From IMG/VR virus record IMGVR_UViG_2778261301_000023: a stretch of DNA of 30,056 nucleotides, one strand, 5' to 3'. A program made the translations under genes and the position numbers. Of the stretch, positions 18,199 to 27,464 are shown piece by piece. The notes beneath the pieces were generated by a model that made no database searches, was not told the origin of the DNA, and saw only the letters and a program-made list of their open reading frames with translations. This DNA comes from a virus (lineage: Duplodnaviria > Heunggongvirae > Uroviricota > Caudoviricetes). How positions within the stretch are numbered: position 1 is the first letter of the stretch; every line of letters begins with the position of its first letter.

Positions 18199-18668
18199 TA
18201 TTTTTTAACCTTAATATTTCGCTTTGTGCTGGGCGGATTTTCCTGTTCAGTGTTAATCGCTTCCCCGGTGATTTCCATTTCAATACCACCCGGTTGAGGT
18301 TTTTCGCCACTCTGAATCACTGCCTGATCCACTGCGTTATTCAGCGATACGGCGCTGGCTGCGAGAATTTCTTCTGACAGGGATTCCAGATTTTCCGTTT
18401 TCTGCTCCGCGCAATCCTCAATGCGACCGACGCTCACAGGTTTATCGATGGAATAGCAGATACCGGAAAAATTCTTGTCCACCTTGTCACAACGCTGGAA
18501 TCCGTAAGGCTCATGCTGTCGGATGATGTGGTCGATAATATCGGACTGATTTTCGATCATATGCTGACGTCCGGACGGAATTGTCACACCGAACGACTGC
18601 GTTTTTTCGGGGAGTTTGTAGTTGAACGTGTGCGGCTGACGTGAGCAGTTAGCGATGTAGAGCTTCAT
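18198..18668 (-). CDS. Hypothetical virion protein (head completion position)
   Basis: Start at the internal Met (MKLYIANC), which follows the terminator hairpin; the track ORF extends to 18710. Confidence 0.4.
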   Translation of the reverse strand: MKLYIANCSRQPHTFNYKLPEKTQSFGVTIPSGRQHMIENQSDIIDHIIRQHEPYGFQRCDKVDKNFSGICYSIDKPVSVGRIEDCAEQKTENLESLSEEILAASAVSLNNAVDQAVIQSGEKPQPGGIEMEITGEAINTEQENPPSTKRNIKVKK

Positions 18669-18681
18669 AAATTTTTCCCAC

Positions 18682-18708
18682 AAAAAAGGGGAGCATTTAG
18701 CTCCCCGC
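18682..18708 (-). terminator. Intrinsic terminator immediately downstream of the major capsid gene
   Basis: On the minus strand: GGGGAGC-TAAAT-GCTCCCC followed by TTTTTT (plus stem 18688-18694 and 18700-18706, A6 at 18682-18687). Confidence 0.6.
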
Positions 18709-18725
18709 ATTATCAGATTGAACGT

Positions 18726-19754
18726 TTATGCGTATTTGGCAGACAATAGGGTGATCCCCTCAGGGCGGAAGTTCCAGCCCGGCGTCGCGCGCATCGTATA
18801 CAACGTGGTCAGGCCGCCATCCGGCATAGGGGACGGAATTTCCGTCGGCGCTGCCATATCACAGAACATCACGTTGACGGCCTGCTGGTTAGGTACCAGC
18901 GTGGAGAAAATATTGGTGTTAATGGTGTGACGCGCTTCCGGAACCTCAATCGTCGGGTTCGTAACGATGATCAGGTCATTACCACCAGCGCCTTTACCGA
19001 TCAGCGTGTCATCCTGGCAGAAAATGATGTCGTCGCCTGTCGCCTTATCGGCGACGTCTTTAACCATCGTTCCCACCGTTCCGGTACCACCACCAGGACG
19101 CTGGTAACTGGTCAGCTCAACAATTCCTGTCCACTCCAGCGCCTTCATGAATCGCTGTGGGCTCAGAATAACAGTCGTTAATGGCTGCCCCAGCAGCAAC
19201 ATGCGGGTTTTCTGGTCAGCAATCAGGCCAAGCATAAATTTAGCCATCTCACCGGAATCCCAGGTGGTATATGAATCATTCCCTTTGCTGTCGTTGCCCA
19301 GATTCAGCGTCACTGCGTTCGGGGAGTTGGTGATCCCCTCGTTATTAGCTGCATTCACGCCATACAGCAGCATATTACGCAACATTTGAGCGTGTCCCTG
19401 ACGGTTAGCCAGGCGCAGGCCTTCAATCAGAGAATAGCCCCAGCGATCTGCTGCATCAGTATCGAGATAGCTGTATTGCGAGCGGGAAGAAATTCGGTAA
19501 GTCATCATTCCGTCATAGCCGCCAGAGATACTGGAAGACGGTAACTGACCCGGCAGAGACTGGCTGACCTGCGCCTGCGAGGTCATGCGCAGATATTTCT
19601 GATAGACCATCAAATCACTGGAACTGATTTTTACCGCTGGAGCACCACCAGCCAGGACTTCAAACGCCCCGGAAGCCATGCTCTGTTGCACGATCATTTC
19701 CGGCAGCACCATTGACGGCGACACAATAGTAGTCGCAGGAGTAAATGCGCTCAT
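18726..19754 (-). CDS. Major capsid protein, 342 aa
   Basis: Position after the scaffold gene; followed by a strong terminator, as is common for highly expressed capsid genes. Confidence 0.6.
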   Translation of the reverse strand: MSAFTPATTIVSPSMVLPEMIVQQSMASGAFEVLAGGAPAVKISSSDLMVYQKYLRMTSQAQVSQSLPGQLPSSSISGGYDGMMTYRISSRSQYSYLDTDAADRWGYSLIEGLRLANRQGHAQMLRNMLLYGVNAANNEGITNSPNAVTLNLGNDSKGNDSYTTWDSGEMAKFMLGLIADQKTRMLLLGQPLTTVILSPQRFMKALEWTGIVELTSYQRPGGGTGTVGTMVKDVADKATGDDIIFCQDDTLIGKGAGGNDLIIVTNPTIEVPEARHTINTNIFSTLVPNQQAVNVMFCDMAAPTEIPSPMPDGGLTTLYTMRATPGWNFRPEGITLLSAKYA

Positions 19755-19768
19755 TAATTAATATCCCC

Positions 19769-20386
19769 TTAAATTAAAAACAGGCCGCACGGTTTGCCGA
19801 TTTCCCAGACAACGTTACCGCCATCCTCTTTTTTCACCGTCAGGTTTCCGTCAACTGAAACCATCAGCAGCTTAATATCCACTTTCGGATTAGCGCCGGG
19901 TGATCCCGAATAAACATCAACCATGTTTTTCGTCAGATCCCACACAAAACCACTGGCAGCAACGGTGTTATTTCCATCAGCCAGCGCAACAACTTCTGCA
20001 CTGACAGGGAGAGGAATGCGGGAACCTGAGCCAACGCGGTAATAGTGAACAAAGCCACCCGCGAGATATAACGGCACCGGATTATCCGGCGTGGTAATGC
20101 CATGAAATGCCTGATTAAAGACAGTAAAGGCGTTACAGGCGTCCTTCGTGGCTTGTTTAATTACCGCGCCGTTAACGCTGTCTTTCGCGGGAGCAATGCA
20201 CTCCATAACTCCAACGCCACCCCATACCGGTTCAGTGATTTTGCTGTCCAGTCGACCGGAGCAAAGTTGCAGACGAATTGCCGGATCATCCTGCGCATCC
20301 CCCTGCATCAGCCCACGGGATTCGACGTTAAAAAGGCCACCAAATGCTCCACGGTTTTTAAACGGATGAAAGTTAATATCAGCCAT
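19769..20386 (-). CDS. Hypothetical head protein (between scaffold and capsid genes), 205 aa
   Basis: Position only. Confidence 0.4.
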   Translation of the reverse strand: MADINFHPFKNRGAFGGLFNVESRGLMQGDAQDDPAIRLQLCSGRLDSKITEPVWGGVGVMECIAPAKDSVNGAVIKQATKDACNAFTVFNQAFHGITTPDNPVPLYLAGGFVHYYRVGSGSRIPLPVSAEVVALADGNNTVAASGFVWDLTKNMVDVYSGSPGANPKVDIKLLMVSVDGNLTVKKEDGGNVVWEIGKPCGLFLI

Positions 20387-21701
20387 TGTTCAGGCTCCCT
20401 TGAGTGTTAATTTTTGCCAGACGACGCCCAGGAATTTTGAAAGCACTCAGCCAGACGTTCGGATCGCCCTGATATTCAGTAATGCGACGTCCGGCTTCAT
20501 CGTTGCGGATACGTTTATGAAGTTGCCCCTGCGTACTCATCATTTCTTTTTCGATGGACTGACGGGCGGCACTGAAAATTGCGTCCTCAAGCACAGCCAG
20601 CGTTGCAGAATCCGCAATCGCGCGAATATTGACGTCCTTATGTGCCGGAGAGTGTTTCTGCATAGCGATTAGCGCACGCTTGCGGTAGTCCAGCGCATTT
20701 TCACCAGAAAACGGTGCTGGCGCGTTTTTACCGCAGGCACTGAATGCGGAGTCGGCTTTTGCCTGTGCTTCTGCCAGGGCTGAGTCATTGCGTTCTTTTT
20801 CTGCCTCCTCGGCAGCCTTACGCTGTTCTTCCGCTTCGGAATCAGCCTTTGCTTTCTCCTCAGCGTCTTTAGCTGCCGCCTCGTCAGCTTTGGCTTTTTC
20901 TTCCGCCTCCTTTGCCGCAGCTTCATCAGCTTTACGTTGTTCCTCTGCGGCTTCATCGGCTTTGGCCTTTTCTTCGGCCTCTTTTTTCGCCTGTTCTTCG
21001 GCATCCGCCCGCGCTTTGTCCCGCTGCTCCAGTGAGTCCATGCGCGTAACGACACCATCGATTTTCTGATTAATGCCTTGCAGGGCATCGCTCACAACCC
21101 CCTGTAACAGGGCCTGGAGTTCTTCTTTTTCCATCTCGATTTCACCTGTGTTTGTCACTTCAACCCCTGCGGGGATCCGGTCTTTATCCCACACACCCAG
21201 CGAGCCGTGGGCTTTCGTCACCAGGGCGATATGATCAACCAGGAAAGGAACGCCCTCGATTAAAAAATTGGTGTCACCTTCCTGTACTTCCACATTTCCT
21301 GATGTGCTGTTGAACACCACCGACGGACTTGTCGAAACATCCCCCTCAGTGATTTCTTCAACAATGCTCTGGAGGTAAACGCGGCACACCGCCCATACCT
21401 CATCACCCCGGATATACGGCAGCATGACGCTACCGACGATCCGCGATTTAAAATCCTCCTCCGTCAGAACTGCGTCGTCAGGATGGTTTGTGATAACCGG
21501 AAGGCCATTGCATCGCCTTAAAAACTCCTCGTTCAGATAGAGCTTTGGATCACGCCAGACGTGCTCTTTCAGCCCGGCGCGATAGGCAAGCCCGGTTCCG
21601 GTTATGCGCAAATTCACCAACCACATGTTGGAGAATTTCACCGGAGACGGTACGGTTCCGTCCCTGATGCGTTCTGCCACTTCAAGCTCGGTTAAACTCA
21701 C
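20379..21701 (-). CDS. Putative head scaffolding / prohead core protein with a repetitive Ala/Glu/Lys-rich coiled-coil segment, 440 aa
   Basis: Position between the head morphogenesis and capsid genes; central (EEKAKADEAA)n-like repeats. Confidence 0.5.
   Translation of the reverse strand: MSLTELEVAERIRDGTVPSPVKFSNMWLVNLRITGTGLAYRAGLKEHVWRDPKLYLNEEFLRRCNGLPVITNHPDDAVLTEEDFKSRIVGSVMLPYIRGDEVWAVCRVYLQSIVEEITEGDVSTSPSVVFNSTSGNVEVQEGDTNFLIEGVPFLVDHIALVTKAHGSLGVWDKDRIPAGVEVTNTGEIEMEKEELQALLQGVVSDALQGINQKIDGVVTRMDSLEQRDKARADAEEQAKKEAEEKAKADEAAEEQRKADEAAAKEAEEKAKADEAAAKDAEEKAKADSEAEEQRKAAEEAEKERNDSALAEAQAKADSAFSACGKNAPAPFSGENALDYRKRALIAMQKHSPAHKDVNIRAIADSATLAVLEDAIFSAARQSIEKEMMSTQGQLHKRIRNDEAGRRITEYQGDPNVWLSAFKIPGRRLAKINTQGSLNNG
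20800..21010 (-). repeat. In-frame tandem DNA repeat (period about 72 bp, roughly three copies) inside the scaffold gene
   Basis: Near-identical 25-mers cagctttggctttttcttccgcctc (20884-20908) and cggctttggccttttcttcggcctc (20956-20980); encodes repeated KAKADEAA/EEQRKA units. Confidence 0.6.
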
Positions 21702-22515
21702 GTTTGCCCTTCTCCGTTAAAAATTCGTCGGGTAGTTTCTGAGGGGCGTAGATCGGCAGAGCATCGCAACTGCAATAAACCTCCTCCCCGGCAGCAGTGA
21801 TTTCGTCATAAAAACCATATACGGGCTTAATAAGCCCCTGCTCCAGCGCCCACGAATCGCGGAGGAGATAAATTTTCTCGTCGCGCTCTTTGTGGTCCTG
21901 TCGGTATTTGTAGCCCGGACGCCGCCAGTTAGAATGCCAGCGCAGAGCAATCGCACCACTCTGAACAGCCAGCAGATACTTAACGTTGCTCGCCAGCTTA
22001 TGTCCCTGGTCAATTGCCACCCGGCGACTGATAAAATCCATATCCTTCACGGACTTCTGAAAACCGGACTTCACTTCCCGGCGATCAATTTCGCTCACCC
22101 CGTCAGGCGGAATGGACGTAACCCATCCCTGAAAACGCTGTATGGTTTTCTCGATAGCCTGTTCGCGGTTGAGTTTTATCAGGTTGGCACTGGCGAAAAT
22201 TCGCCTGTCGAGTTCCTTGCGAAACTCAGGTTTCAGTTTTTCAACAGTGATTTTTTTAGGGCCGTCAGGAGGCTGATCCCGTAATGCCCCGCCGTCGATG
22301 ACAAGACGGCTGTAGATAGCGGTGAGATGTTTTCTGGCTACGGTATCATCAGGGGTTTCTCGCTGAGCGGCTACACGGAGTTTCCGGCACCATTCGAGCA
22401 ATGATTTTTCGCTATCCCACCCGTGATTTACGTAGTAGTTAACGGCATCCGTCAGAACCTCATACAGCGTCCTGATCCGTTTCGTCTTCCTCCCCGCCCG
22501 GCTGGAAATTGCCAT
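21682..22515 (-). CDS. Head morphogenesis protein (Mu F-like position)
   Basis: Follows the portal gene. The track ORF (to 22653) overlaps the portal by 194 nt, so an internal start (MAISSRAGRK, about 22515) is more likely; the exact start is uncertain. Confidence 0.5.
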   Translation of the reverse strand: MAISSRAGRKTKRIRTLYEVLTDAVNYYVNHGWDSEKSLLEWCRKLRVAAQRETPDDTVARKHLTAIYSRLVIDGGALRDQPPDGPKKITVEKLKPEFRKELDRRIFASANLIKLNREQAIEKTIQRFQGWVTSIPPDGVSEIDRREVKSGFQKSVKDMDFISRRVAIDQGHKLASNVKYLLAVQSGAIALRWHSNWRRPGYKYRQDHKERDEKIYLLRDSWALEQGLIKPVYGFYDEITAAGEEVYCSCDALPIYAPQKLPDEFLTEKGKREFNRA

Positions 22516-23899
22516 CAGGCGTCTCCTGCTTCGGTGGTTCATAATTCGCCAGGGCGTCCACATCAATGATGAGTGGAGCTTCGCCATAGGTCTGCGTGGC
22601 ATTAACAAGGCTTGCCAGCCATTCAGTGACGGCGGCACGGTTTTCAGGATCAACCTGTAGCGACACGGCAGAGAAAAGTGCTATCGCCTGTTGAATCACT
22701 TTACTGTCGCTTTCCCGGCGTTTGTCCGGCGACTCCTCCACCAGCTCCTGCCACGTCGCGGTAAACTCGCGCCGCCACTGGTAAAACGTGGTTTTATAGT
22801 CCTCGGTTATGATGTCCGGGTAATCATTTTTCAGCGACTGATAAAATTCCTCGTTCCAGGCGATGTACTGCACCAGGCGTTCGAAATAATCCATCACAGG
22901 TTCAATCTGCTGGCGTACACCATCGATATACTGGCTGATGGCTTTCGAGTCCTCGGTTCCTTCACCGAAACCATTCGAGAAAGCCTCCTCCTTGATGAGA
23001 ATCGCGGGAACATCGCTACCTGATGCAATATCGGAAATAATGTTGTCGCGGGCGGCATTTAGCGCGCCATCGATGTTTTGTAAATTCAGCGAGGTAACGT
23101 CCTCATCCTTCCCGATACTAAGCACACCTTTATTTTTTGCCTCTTTGACATTTTCCCTTTTTCGTCCCGTGGCGGCAGCCATGATCCCGTCAAGTTTCGA
23201 ACCATACTGCACAACTTTAGCCACCAGCACGCCTGCCTTCTGGCTGACGAGATCATTCGCCTCCATCGTATTGATATAGGATTTCAGGGAATAAAGAACG
23301 CGCTGAAACACGCTTCGCCCGGTGAATCCGAACGATGAACTCTGAAACTCCAGATAAATCGGTGTGCCATTGAAAATTTTCAGTGTGCGTGACGGATGCC
23401 AGTCTTTTCCGCCAATCTTCAGCTTTTTATTGGCTTCCTGGAAAAACGGGCTGTTTGGGTTCTGGTCAGTCACCATCGAACCAGAAGCGTTCAACGGGTC
23501 CCACGCGTTGATATACACATCATCTTCTGTCAGTCCGAATGTCGGAAGCGGCTCACGACATGGAACACTGTCGGTGCCCACGCCGATCGCTGCGGCACCG
23601 TAGCAACGAGACAGAAAAAACAGATTTTTAATCTTCTCGTTAACCTTCATACGTTCCCATACCTCCTGGAAACGCCGCACAACCCGCTCGTCAGGGTCTG
23701 TCTCCACGTTGTACTGACGCGGCTTACACATCGCCATAAGTATGGGTTTTTCGACAAGTTTTCCGCCCAGAGGATGGAATTGCCACAGCTGCTTACACAA
23801 TTCATAGCCAATGTCGGTTCCCGGCTGAATTTCTTCAGCCTCAAGAATATGCATCAGTGCTGAACCGAGGCCGCCAGTAATCTCGATCTCTGCCATCAA
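22460..23899 (-). CDS. Portal protein, 479 aa
   Basis: Immediately downstream of the large terminase gene; size; acidic C-terminus. Confidence 0.6.
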   Translation of the reverse strand: MMAEIEITGGLGSALMHILEAEEIQPGTDIGYELCKQLWQFHPLGGKLVEKPILMAMCKPRQYNVETDPDERVVRRFQEVWERMKVNEKIKNLFFLSRCYGAAAIGVGTDSVPCREPLPTFGLTEDDVYINAWDPLNASGSMVTDQNPNSPFFQEANKKLKIGGKDWHPSRTLKIFNGTPIYLEFQSSSFGFTGRSVFQRVLYSLKSYINTMEANDLVSQKAGVLVAKVVQYGSKLDGIMAAATGRKRENVKEAKNKGVLSIGKDEDVTSLNLQNIDGALNAARDNIISDIASGSDVPAILIKEEAFSNGFGEGTEDSKAISQYIDGVRQQIEPVMDYFERLVQYIAWNEEFYQSLKNDYPDIITEDYKTTFYQWRREFTATWQELVEESPDKRRESDSKVIQQAIALFSAVSLQVDPENRAAVTEWLASLVNATQTYGEAPLIIDVDALANYEPPKQETPDGNFQPGGEEDETDQDAV

Positions 23900-23913
23900 A
23901 AATATCCTGATTT

Positions 23914-25242
23914 TTACAACTCCGCGTAATTACCGTGCGCGATGATCAATCCATAGGTGTAACAATCGAAAAGGTCATCAGCACGTTTATGCGCGTCTTT
24001 ATCCGCCAGGTGGAATCCGGCGATTTGTTTTATGAGGTGGTTTGCGGTGGTGCGCTTGAATGAAACGGTCTTGTCGTAAGCCTCCCGGACGATTTTGCAC
24101 ATCCCCTGATAGTGGTAGCTGGATGCCATCACCGCCCGTTCGTCTTTGCCCTTGCTGGTTAGTGCCGATTTAATCGGCGTCATATCCCAGCCTTCGGTTT
24201 CCGCCTTCTGGTTGAGGATTGCCCCCATCGCGGCGTCTTCCATAAAAATTCCCTGGCTGCCCAGACGCGGACGGCATAATTTCGCGAGGCGCTCAAGGTT
24301 GTCATAAACGCCGGGGATATATTCAGGAAGCAATGACGCTTTAATTTGCGTAACATCCCAGTCAATAATCGTCAGTTTTGGCTCTTCCGAATACGTTGAC
24401 TCATAAGCGAAATACAACACGCCAGTACCATCATTTTCGGTCCCGCCTTTCAGCGCCGTATCCATCACTGCGAAAATCATGTCGCAGTACGGCGGCATCT
24501 CAATCGGCTGACCGTCCACCAGCAGCTTATCGACATCGAGTAACGCGTCTTTGGACCAGTCCACGAACTCGGCAAGATATTCCTGCTGCCAGACGCGCGG
24601 ATCGGATTTCTTCTCCGTTTCCTCCAGTTCTTCTTTCGGAATATACGGATTCGATGAAGTTGGCGCATGGTGCATGACAAATCCCAGGGATTCATCGTGG
24701 CATATCGCGTAGAAAAAATTGCTCTCGTCGATACCGTTTGGTGTGGAAAATACCCACGCACAGCCGCGGTAATCGACAAGCGTCGGGCGTATAGCTCGGG
24801 GCCAGATTTCCTCGAGCATTTCCGGCGATTTAGTGAATGCTGCCTCATCAATCAGCACAGCGTGATATTTACGCCCACGCCCGGCCAGTTTGTTATTGTC
24901 CGTTACCCAAAAGTCGATGCGCCCCCCATTACGGAGAATAATGCGCTTTTCATTTTTTGACTGGCTGAGGATCAGCGGTTGCAGAACGGCGCTAATTTCA
25001 TCCCAGATTTCCTGGTACTGGCGGTATTGTGCGGTAAAAATCCCCACCCTACCCGCGATAAGTTGCCCGGTGGTAGGAACGGCAAATTTCCGCGTAGCGA
25101 AACTGGTAGCGATGTTTACCAGCATCACCGTTTTACCCCAGCGACGACCACAGCATACCGCGTGGAAGCGTTCCTCTATTGCCGCCGTCCATGCAGCTAT
25201 TTGCCCCTCATGAGGTTTTGGGAGGTAGATTTCAATCGACAT
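23914..25242 (-). CDS. Terminase large subunit, 442 aa
   Basis: Walker A-like CCGRRWGKT and Walker B-like AVLIDEAA in the N-terminal ATPase region; nuclease-sized C-terminal half; position before the portal. Confidence 0.8.
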   Translation of the reverse strand: MSIEIYLPKPHEGQIAAWTAAIEERFHAVCCGRRWGKTVMLVNIATSFATRKFAVPTTGQLIAGRVGIFTAQYRQYQEIWDEISAVLQPLILSQSKNEKRIILRNGGRIDFWVTDNNKLAGRGRKYHAVLIDEAAFTKSPEMLEEIWPRAIRPTLVDYRGCAWVFSTPNGIDESNFFYAICHDESLGFVMHHAPTSSNPYIPKEELEETEKKSDPRVWQQEYLAEFVDWSKDALLDVDKLLVDGQPIEMPPYCDMIFAVMDTALKGGTENDGTGVLYFAYESTYSEEPKLTIIDWDVTQIKASLLPEYIPGVYDNLERLAKLCRPRLGSQGIFMEDAAMGAILNQKAETEGWDMTPIKSALTSKGKDERAVMASSYHYQGMCKIVREAYDKTVSFKRTTANHLIKQIAGFHLADKDAHKRADDLFDCYTYGLIIAHGNYAEL

Positions 25243-26323
25243 TATCCACTCCCGGCATCGGCAGAGAGTTGTGGATAATTATTTCGTTATTCTCACCACC
25301 CACGCCTTTTTTGAGGTTTTCAATCTCAGTGCGCAGCTTTTCGTTGCGAAGCCTCAGTCCTTCAAGCTCCAGATCATTGCGACTGTCAGTTGCACCACCA
25401 GCAGAACTTCCTTTCGTCGCCATTATCAGCTTGATAAGTTCGCGCCGGGCGGCAGCCTTATCCTCCAGCAGGATCTCAACACCAAATTTCCCGAGCTTTG
25501 CCCCTGCATATAATTGTCGCGCATCCCCATCAAGCAGAGTGGTATCAGCCATATAAAGCTGTCCCGTTCCCTCACCGCAGCACTTCGGACAATCCGGATT
25601 GGGTATGGCGTTATCAACAAAGCCGAGGCCTCCATATTCCGGCTCGGGTTTGCCATCTCTGGAGGCCTGTGCCGCTGCCTTATCGAATTCTGCAATATCA
25701 CGCCACTGGTAGAGATGATTCTCGCCCCAGCAATAACGGCAGTTAACACGGCGAAATTGTGCCAACTGATTGGGGTCGGCCTGGACAATAGCCATCAACT
25801 GACTCACCAGTAAATCCAGGTCTGCGGTATAGCGTTTCTGATACTGATTGCGGAAGTAGCTGATAGCACGATAAACCCTGGCATTTCTAAGCATACGGCT
25901 GGCGTTGCTGTTAGCTGTCGCACCTTGCCCCTCATAACCAGCCAGTCGGTATGCCTCTGTCGGCTTTTTCCCCTGAGCAACAAGCATCGCAAACTTAGCC
26001 TGCTGGTCAGAAATGCCGAATTCATCGGGGCAGAACGAAAATTCCTCCGCGTCGCCCTCATTCAGGCACGCATCGGATACTGGCTTTTTTTTCTGAGATT
26101 TTCCGTTCCGCTTTTGCGCAGTCTGCGCAGATTTTTTCTGCGCACTTTGTTGCGCAGTTTTGCGCATTTCTGTCTGCGCATTTTTCGGAGGTTTTTTGAT
26201 GTAACGACGGGCTGTTGCGTAATTCAGTCCCCTTGCCTCACACCATGCCACCGGAGATACACCGGAGCGGGTGTATTCAGCAATATATTCCTGCTGCAAC
26301 GCCCCCCAGTCCGGTCTGCTCAT
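25232..26323 (-). CDS. Terminase small subunit, 363 aa
   Basis: Immediately upstream of and overlapping the large subunit gene; N-terminal helix-turn-helix-like segment; basic repetitive linker; Cys cluster CPKCCGEG. Confidence 0.55.
   Translation of the reverse strand: MSRPDWGALQQEYIAEYTRSGVSPVAWCEARGLNYATARRYIKKPPKNAQTEMRKTAQQSAQKKSAQTAQKRNGKSQKKKPVSDACLNEGDAEEFSFCPDEFGISDQQAKFAMLVAQGKKPTEAYRLAGYEGQGATANSNASRMLRNARVYRAISYFRNQYQKRYTADLDLLVSQLMAIVQADPNQLAQFRRVNCRYCWGENHLYQWRDIAEFDKAAAQASRDGKPEPEYGGLGFVDNAIPNPDCPKCCGEGTGQLYMADTTLLDGDARQLYAGAKLGKFGVEILLEDKAAARRELIKLIMATKGSSAGGATDSRNDLELEGLRLRNEKLRTEIENLKKGVGGENNEIIIHNSLPMPGVDNVD
26115..26180. repeat. Array of six TGCGCA hexamers at 9-15 bp spacing inside the small terminase gene
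   Basis: TGCGCA at 26115, 26124, 26139, 26151, 26161 and 26175; includes the palindrome TCTGCGCAGA. Encodes the repeated peptide AQKKSAQTAQK. Confidence 0.5.
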
Positions 26324-26326
26324 TAG

Positions 26327-26578
26327 TTAGTCCTGATTTTTATCCACCCTGAGTAGTTCACGCAGGGCAAAGGCATCCCCTTTTCTGGCAAGCTTAAACA
26401 ATGCCGCCCGTAGTTCGGCTTCACCTTTCGCTCTGCCCTTACGGATGGATGCGTAAAAATCTGTCATTGCTTCCCGATTTTCTTTCAGTCGGTTCAGATC
26501 AACATCCAGAACGTCAGCGATTTGTTGTGCAGTCATCCGGCACGCTGCCAGAGACTCGGCTTTCGAATACGGAATCAT
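26327..26578 (-). CDS. Small hypothetical protein, possibly DNA-binding, 83 aa
   Basis: ATG at 26576-26578 with a G-rich ribosome-binding site. Overlaps the 3' end of the upstream gene; the start is uncertain. Confidence 0.35.
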   Translation of the reverse strand: MIPYSKAESLAACRMTAQQIADVLDVDLNRLKENREAMTDFYASIRKGRAKGEAELRAALFKLARKGDAFALRELLRVDKNQD

Positions 26579-27464
26579 TTGTCACCCCCATTGATATGCA
26601 GGGTGTCTTCTTCCTGTATTTTTCGTGAAGGATTTTTACTGCAGCGTTGTTCCAAGTGACCTGATGGTGAATGCGTTTATGGCTGGCCCCCATCAGTGAG
26701 ATTTTTACGCACGAGGGCGCATACATGACGGAGTAAAAACTTTTAACGTAGGTTCCGGAATCCAGATACAGCTCGGTCATTCCGCCGCTGTTTTTCTGCG
26801 TCTGTTTCTGCCCTAACTGGACAGCACCGATCGTCATAAACAATTCACCACAGCGACCGAGATTCGTGTACGTATTCACATCCTCGTTAATGCGCCCCAT
26901 GAATGAGAACGGTCGATCAACCGAACAGATAAAGCTGTTCATTGCCTTGCGTTTCACCCACGAAGCATGGCCGCCATTGTCACCAAGAAAATCCCCGCCC
27001 TGCGACATAGCGATGGAAAGCGCAGGTATTGATTCGTAGTACGCCAGCATTTCAGAAAGGATCGCATCCAGTTTTCTTATCGGGAAATAGGCCTGGTCAT
27101 AGTTGCGATCCACCCGAAACTGGAACTCGTGATAATCATCATCGAGCTGAATGAAGTATTTACACCCGACCAGTTTTGCCAGGTCGAAACAGGCATTACG
27201 GGCGTAAAAAATTGAGCGGCGATCACCGAAATTATCGGCTTCGTCAAAACGACTGGCTATATCGGCTTTGGAAAACACCAGCACCTGTTCACCAAATTCA
27301 ACTATGTACTGATGCCGTGTCTTATCTTCATCATCAACAACGATAAAAATTTTCCCGGTATAGCCAGCACGACGCAACGTCCGGTAAGTCAGAACTTTGT
27401 CCGGTCGCCCGTGAGTCAGAATAAAGGCGCAAAAATCATCACGCATATTCCTCCTCCCCGCCAT
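26514..27464 (-). CDS. Soluble family-2-like (GT-A fold) glycosyltransferase-like protein, 316 aa
   Basis: IFIVVDDEDKT and ARN..(about 14 residues)..YFIQLDDDY resemble the GT2 pattern (hhhVVDDxSxD ... ARNxG ... hhhLDxDD) as I recall it. No transmembrane segments. Coupled to the ParB-like gene. Confidence 0.4.
   Translation of the reverse strand: MAGRRNMRDDFCAFILTHGRPDKVLTYRTLRRAGYTGKIFIVVDDEDKTRHQYIVEFGEQVLVFSKADIASRFDEADNFGDRRSIFYARNACFDLAKLVGCKYFIQLDDDYHEFQFRVDRNYDQAYFPIRKLDAILSEMLAYYESIPALSIAMSQGGDFLGDNGGHASWVKRKAMNSFICSVDRPFSFMGRINEDVNTYTNLGRCGELFMTIGAVQLGQKQTQKNSGGMTELYLDSGTYVKSFYSVMYAPSCVKISLMGASHKRIHHQVTWNNAAVKILHEKYRKKTPCISMGVTNDSVFESRVSGSVPDDCTTNR

Noticed and set aside
20669-21088. 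Lys/Arg-rich 139-aa minus-strand ORF and 93-aa plus-strand ORF inside the scaffold gene
   Set aside because: Alternative-frame artefacts of the Ala/Glu/Lys coding repeat; the 440-aa frame is the coherent one.
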